Source: an uncultured Methanoregulaceae archaeon
Lineage (GTDB): Archaea; Halobacteriota; Methanomicrobia; Methanomicrobiales; Methanospirillaceae
Direction: 5' to 3'
Assembly: GCA_963717525.1 (NCBI GenBank)
Contig: OY970343.1
Span: 768,001-832,000, forward strand
Length of the DNA: 64,000 bases
A program made the position numbers and the translations under genes. Shown piece after piece: positions 60,011-64,000 of the stretch. Numbering within the stretch: the stretch's first letter is position 1; each line of letters begins with the position of its first letter. The notes beneath the pieces are model-generated. The model worked only from the letters and a program-made list of their open reading frames with translations, did not search any database and had not been told where the DNA came from.

Positions 60011-60676
60011 TCACCCGAGTTTTGCGTAGGCAGCCTCTGCAAGTGTTTTAAGGGTATCGTACTGCGAACCGGGTCCGGTCATCCTGAGCACTTCAAGGAT
60101 CTCACCTTTTGCAAAGATCACTTCAATATACCCTTCTGCCGGGGCTGATGTTCCCGATCCTGACGAGAGCGCTGAGAGACCCCCGGCTGTTGTGGAAGCA
60201 GGGGTCGTGTTCACGGCAGTGGCTGATAGTGCACGTGTATCAGGCCCTGTTGCTGGCAGCGGCAGGCCGGAGAAGGCAAGGTCCGCCTGCTGCTGCTCGC
60301 CCGCGTCCACGAGAGAGACAATGGATGACATATTCTTTGCATCATAGATCGTGATGGTCTGGGTGATCGAAGTTGATCCTGCAGTACCGTTCCCAGATGA
60401 GGCATAGGTGGCAACGTAGCCCTCCTGCCACCCGAGATCTTTTGCTAAAGAGCTCATTTCATCGGCAGATTTCTGCCGGCCGGACTGTTGTGTAAAACCA
60501 GCGGGAAGATCAGCCGGGGCGAGCGCGAGCGGGGCAAGCGATATGTTTACTGTAGTGGCATTGGTGACCGGTGCAGGTGTAATATTCCCCGGTGTACCGG
60601 GTGTGGATGTACATCCGGCGCACAGGAGAACAACGCAGAAGGTAACAGCGAGAATGAAGAATGCGAATCTTTGCAT
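60011..60676 (-). CDS. Putative lipoprotein
   Basis: Lipobox LCAGC after a hydrophobic leader. Confidence 0.8.
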   Translation of the reverse strand: MQRFAFFILAVTFCVVLLCAGCTSTPGTPGNITPAPVTNATTVNISLAPLALAPADLPAGFTQQSGRQKSADEMSSLAKDLGWQEGYVATYASSGNGTAGSTSITQTITIYDAKNMSSIVSLVDAGEQQQADLAFSGLPLPATGPDTRALSATAVNTTPASTTAGGLSALSSGSGTSAPAEGYIEVIFAKGEILEVLRMTGPGSQYDTLKTLAEAAYAKLG

Positions 60677-60818
60677 ATGGAATGGTAAAACCGGAAACGG
60701 GATATAGGTTGCCGCTCTTTTTCGCTCCATCGGGAATGGATGGCGGTGCCCATATAATATAATCATAAATACCTTGCACCAGCAATCTCTTATCATCAAC
60801 GTCCAAGGTGTGGTGCCC

Positions 60819-61798
60819 GTGTTCCTTCAGCGACGCATGAGGCGGGTTCGTTCCCGCACTATCCAGCCTCTTTTGTGTGAGACGATCCTGACTAGAAATG
60901 ACCTCGTTGCCCCGCTTTTTGTGGATGAAACGGCAGGGGCCCCGGTGCCCATCGGGTCCATGCCCGGGCAGTCACGGTACCCGATCGATGGGATCGCGGC
61001 GGTTGCCGGTAAATTCTGGGAGCATGGCATCAGGGCGGTCCTCCTTTTCGGCGTCCCGGCTCACAAGGACGAGGCGGCAACCAGCGCCTACGACCCCGGA
61101 GGGGTTGTGCAGCAGGCTGTACCGGAAGATCAAGACCGCATACCCGGGCATGGTGGTCATCACGGACGTCTGTGCCTGCGAGTACACGAGCCACGGCCAC
61201 TGCGGGATTGTCGGTGACAGCCGTTGCGGGGGACAGGATCTCTTAAACGATGAGTCCCTTCTCCTCATGAATAAAATTGCTGTCAGCCACGCGGAGGCTG
61301 GCGCCGATATCGTTGCCCCGTCCTGCATGCTCGACGGCATGGTCAGGTCGATCAGGACGGCACTTGACGAGGACGGATATGAAGAGGTGCTGATCCTGTC
61401 GGTACTCAACCAAGTTTTCCTCCGCACTGTACGGCCCGTTCCGGGAAGCGGCAGAGTCCGGGTACTCGTTTGGCGACCGCACCACCTACCAGATGAACCC
61501 GGCAAATGGCCGTGAGGCGTTCCTCGAATCACAACTCGATATGGAGGAGGGGGCCGATATCCTTATGGTCAAACCGGCAGGGCCCTACCTCGATGTCCTT
61601 GCCGAGATCGCAACGCTTGGTCTTCCTGTGGCCGCGTTTCAGGTGAGCGGGGAATATGCCATGATAAAAGCCGCAGCGGAACGCGGCTGGATAAAAGAGA
61701 AAGAGACTGTCATCGAGATGCTCACCTGCATCAAGAGAGCCGGGGCCGATCTCATCATCACCTATTTTGCGTATGATGCCTGCGGGTGGCTTGAATGA
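60819..61798 (+). CDS. hemB: Porphobilinogen synthase (two frameshifts)
   Basis: [41 protein letters not shown]. Confidence 0.93.
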
Positions 61799-63041
61799 AG
61801 AGTGCCGACCTCTTCTCGCAGGCACAGGGACTGATGCCTGGCGGTGTCTCAAGTCCGGTCCGGGCGATCAAGCCTTACCCGTTTTATACAGAACACGCGG
61901 AAGGTGCACACCTCACTACGGTTGATGGCACAAACCTTGTCGACTGTTGCATGGCCTACGGCCCCCTCCTCCTCGGCCACGCCCACCCGGAGATTAAAAA
62001 GGCGATCGCCGCCCAGCTCGAAAAGGGCTGGCTCTACGGGACGCCGACCCCGTACGAACCGGAGTTTGCCCGGCTCATCACCGGGGACCACCCGGGCATG
62101 GATATGGCCAGGTTTGTATCCAGCGGATCGGAGGCGACCATGGCCGCGATCCGGCTCGCCCGGGGTTTTACCGGCAAGTCCGACATCATCAAGATCGAGG
62201 GCGGTTTCCACGGTGCCCATGACGCGGTCCTCGTGAAGGCAGGATCGGGAGCGACGACGATGGGCGTTCCCGACTCGGCGGGCGTGCTCCCGGCGCTTGT
62301 CGCCCACACCCGGCAGCTCCCCTACAACGATGCGGAGGCGCTTGAATCGATGCTCGCATCGCACCATGACATAGCCGCCCTCATTATAGAACCAGTACTT
62401 GGGAACATCGGGCCGGTCCTCCCGGAGCAGGGTACTTCAAAGACATCCGGGAGATTACGAGCGCCTATGGCGTCCTGTTGATCTTCGACGAAGTAATTAC
62501 CGGCTACCGGCTCGGCATCGGCGGAGCGCAGAAGATGTTTGGTGTCAGGCCCGATCTCACCACGTTCGGGAAGATCATCGGCGGCGGTCTTCCGATCGGC
62601 GCATTCTGCGGGAGAAAAGAGATCATGTCGCTTGTGGCACCGCAGGGGCCGGTCTACCAGGCCGGAACCTTCTCGGGCAACCCGCTCTCCCTAGCCGCCG
62701 GGATCGCAACCGTCCGCTGGCTGCACAACCATCCGGCTATCTACCCGGATCTTGCCGAGAAGGTCAGGGCCATCGAAGAGTCGCTGGGAACAGGTAAAAA
62801 TGCTGGCGGGTCATTTGTCCGGATTGGCTCGATGTTCAAGTACTTCTTCCGGAACAAGCCCCCTCAGAACTACATCGAGGTTAAAGAGTGCGATACGACT
62901 GCCTTTTTTGCATTCTGGCAGAAGATGCTCGCACGCGGGATCTTCCTCCCGCCCTCACAGTTCGAGACAAACTTCCTCTCCGCTGCACATACCAAAAAAG
63001 ATCTTGAAGCTATTACCGGGGGGTACGCAGCATGTCTCTGA
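61795..63041 (+). CDS. hemL: Glutamate-1-semialdehyde 2,1-aminomutase (frameshift near 62430)
   Basis: [36 protein letters not shown]. Confidence 0.95.
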
Positions 63042-63915
63042 AGGTCGGGACCCGGGGCAGCAGGCTTGCGCTCGCACAGACCGCGACGGTCATAAAAAAG
63101 ATCCAGGCCCTCGGTATCGAAGTCGAACAGAAGATCATCAGCACGCAGGGTGACGAGGTCACGGGTGTCCCCCTTCACGCAATCGGAAAACAGGGCGTCT
63201 TTGTCCGGGCGCTCGACGATGCGATCCTGAGGGGCGAGATCGACTGCGCTGTGCACAGCATGAAGGACATTCCCGCGATACGGCCCTCGGGCCTTATCAC
63301 CTCCGCGATCCTCACCCGCGACTCTCCTGCCGATTTCCTTGCCTTTTCCGGCCCGGTCTCTGCGGTCAGGATCATCGGCACATCGAGCACCCGGCGCCGG
63401 GCCAGCTCCTGCGCCACGACCCGTCTCTCGAGATCAAAGACCTTAGGGGCAATGTGGACACAAGGGTAAGGAAACTGAGTGAAGGCCATTACAACGCAAT
63501 TGTCCTTGCCGAGGCCGGCCTCTCACGGCTGGGCATCCGGATCCCGGGCGAGCGGCTCCCCCCGGAGAAATTCGTTCCCACCCCAAATCAGGGGACGATT
63601 GCGGTGGTGAGCCGGGCCGATCCCTCGATTATGGAAGTACTCGCAAGCATCGATCACCCGGCGACGAGGAAAGACGTCGCGATTGAACGGGCCGTGATGG
63701 AACAGGTAGGGGCCGGCTGCTTCACCCCCATGGGAATCTACTGCCGGGACGGCAACCTGATCGCCGAAGTCCTCTCACTTGATGGAAAACGGACAGAACG
63801 CATAGAAAAGAAGATCGGGACACTTGAAGAGGCCCGGACAGAGGGCAGTGCCCTGCGGGTGCGGGCCGGTACCCTGATCGCGGATGCATACCATACTCTG
63901 GGGATTTCCTTATGA
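63032..63915 (+). CDS. hemC: Hydroxymethylbilane synthase (frameshift near 63405)
   Basis: [32 protein letters not shown]. Confidence 0.95.
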
Positions 63916-64000
63916 CGGGCATGGTCTATCTTGTGGGCTCCGGCCCGGGCGGTACGGGGCTCCTCACGCAGCGGGCAGCCGACATGATCGAAACGGCGGA
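63912..64000 (+). CDS. cobA: Uroporphyrinogen-III C-methyltransferase (partial, runs off window)
   Basis: [26 protein letters not shown]-coupled to hemC. Confidence 0.85.
   Translation, partial: MTGMVYLVGSGPGGTGLLTQRAADMIETA

Noticed and set aside
1..64000. Numerous frameshifts (ALDH, two moeA, hypD, tetR, alaS twice, PAPS reductase twice, H+-ATPase, hemB twice, hemL, hemC) as programmed frameshifting or genome decay
   Set aside because: They hit essential genes at random, with no shared slippery motif and no accumulation of in-frame stops. Uncorrected long-read indel error is the simplest explanation; read pile-ups would confirm.
1..64000. CRISPR array or rRNA
   Set aside because: No regularly spaced repeat-spacer series and no rRNA-like sequence seen.

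Overview
Archaeal chromosomal segment from a methanogen, most likely Methanomicrobiales and Methanoregula-like. This is inferred from tfe, trm56, archaeal AlaRS, the DUF39-CBS/NIL-ferredoxin/UPF0280 homocysteine cluster, hypD and HisKA_2 kinases. The GC-rich backbone carries housekeeping genes: ALDH, two MoeA, malic enzyme, hypD, MscS, a TetR/AKR/ABC operon, Mg2+ and H+ P-type ATPases, alaS, hisH and sirC-hemA-hemB-hemL-hemC-cobA. There are four tRNAs (Arg-CCG, Thr-GGT, Leu-GAG, Gly-GCC). Many essential genes are split by single-base indels, most likely assembly error. Three AT-rich accessory patches abut tRNA 3' ends (Thr ~10.3-12.1 kb, Leu ~22.2-30.2 kb, Gly ~52.9-57.7 kb). The most notable unannotated signals are: (1) a 27-aa histone-H1-like Lys/Ala/Pro micropeptide gene with a strong SD and T-tract terminator, behind a helically phased non-coding tract; (2) a ~330-bp non-coding element present twice, diverged in sequence but length-conserved to within 1 nt, at the tRNA-distal edge of both the Leu and Gly islands; (3) three ~80-bp MITE-like elements with GG(C/T)TCTGTT ends at gene junctions; (4) a chimeric SMC/DndD-like ATPase tail fused to an HUH rolling-circle Rep; (5) an ArsC-thioredoxin fusion; (6) GC-rich palindromic repeats bracketing a phosphoesterase/membrane-protein module; (7) decayed tRNA copies in tandem with tRNA-Thr and tRNA-Gly. 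All family assignments are by eye from motifs, with no database searches.
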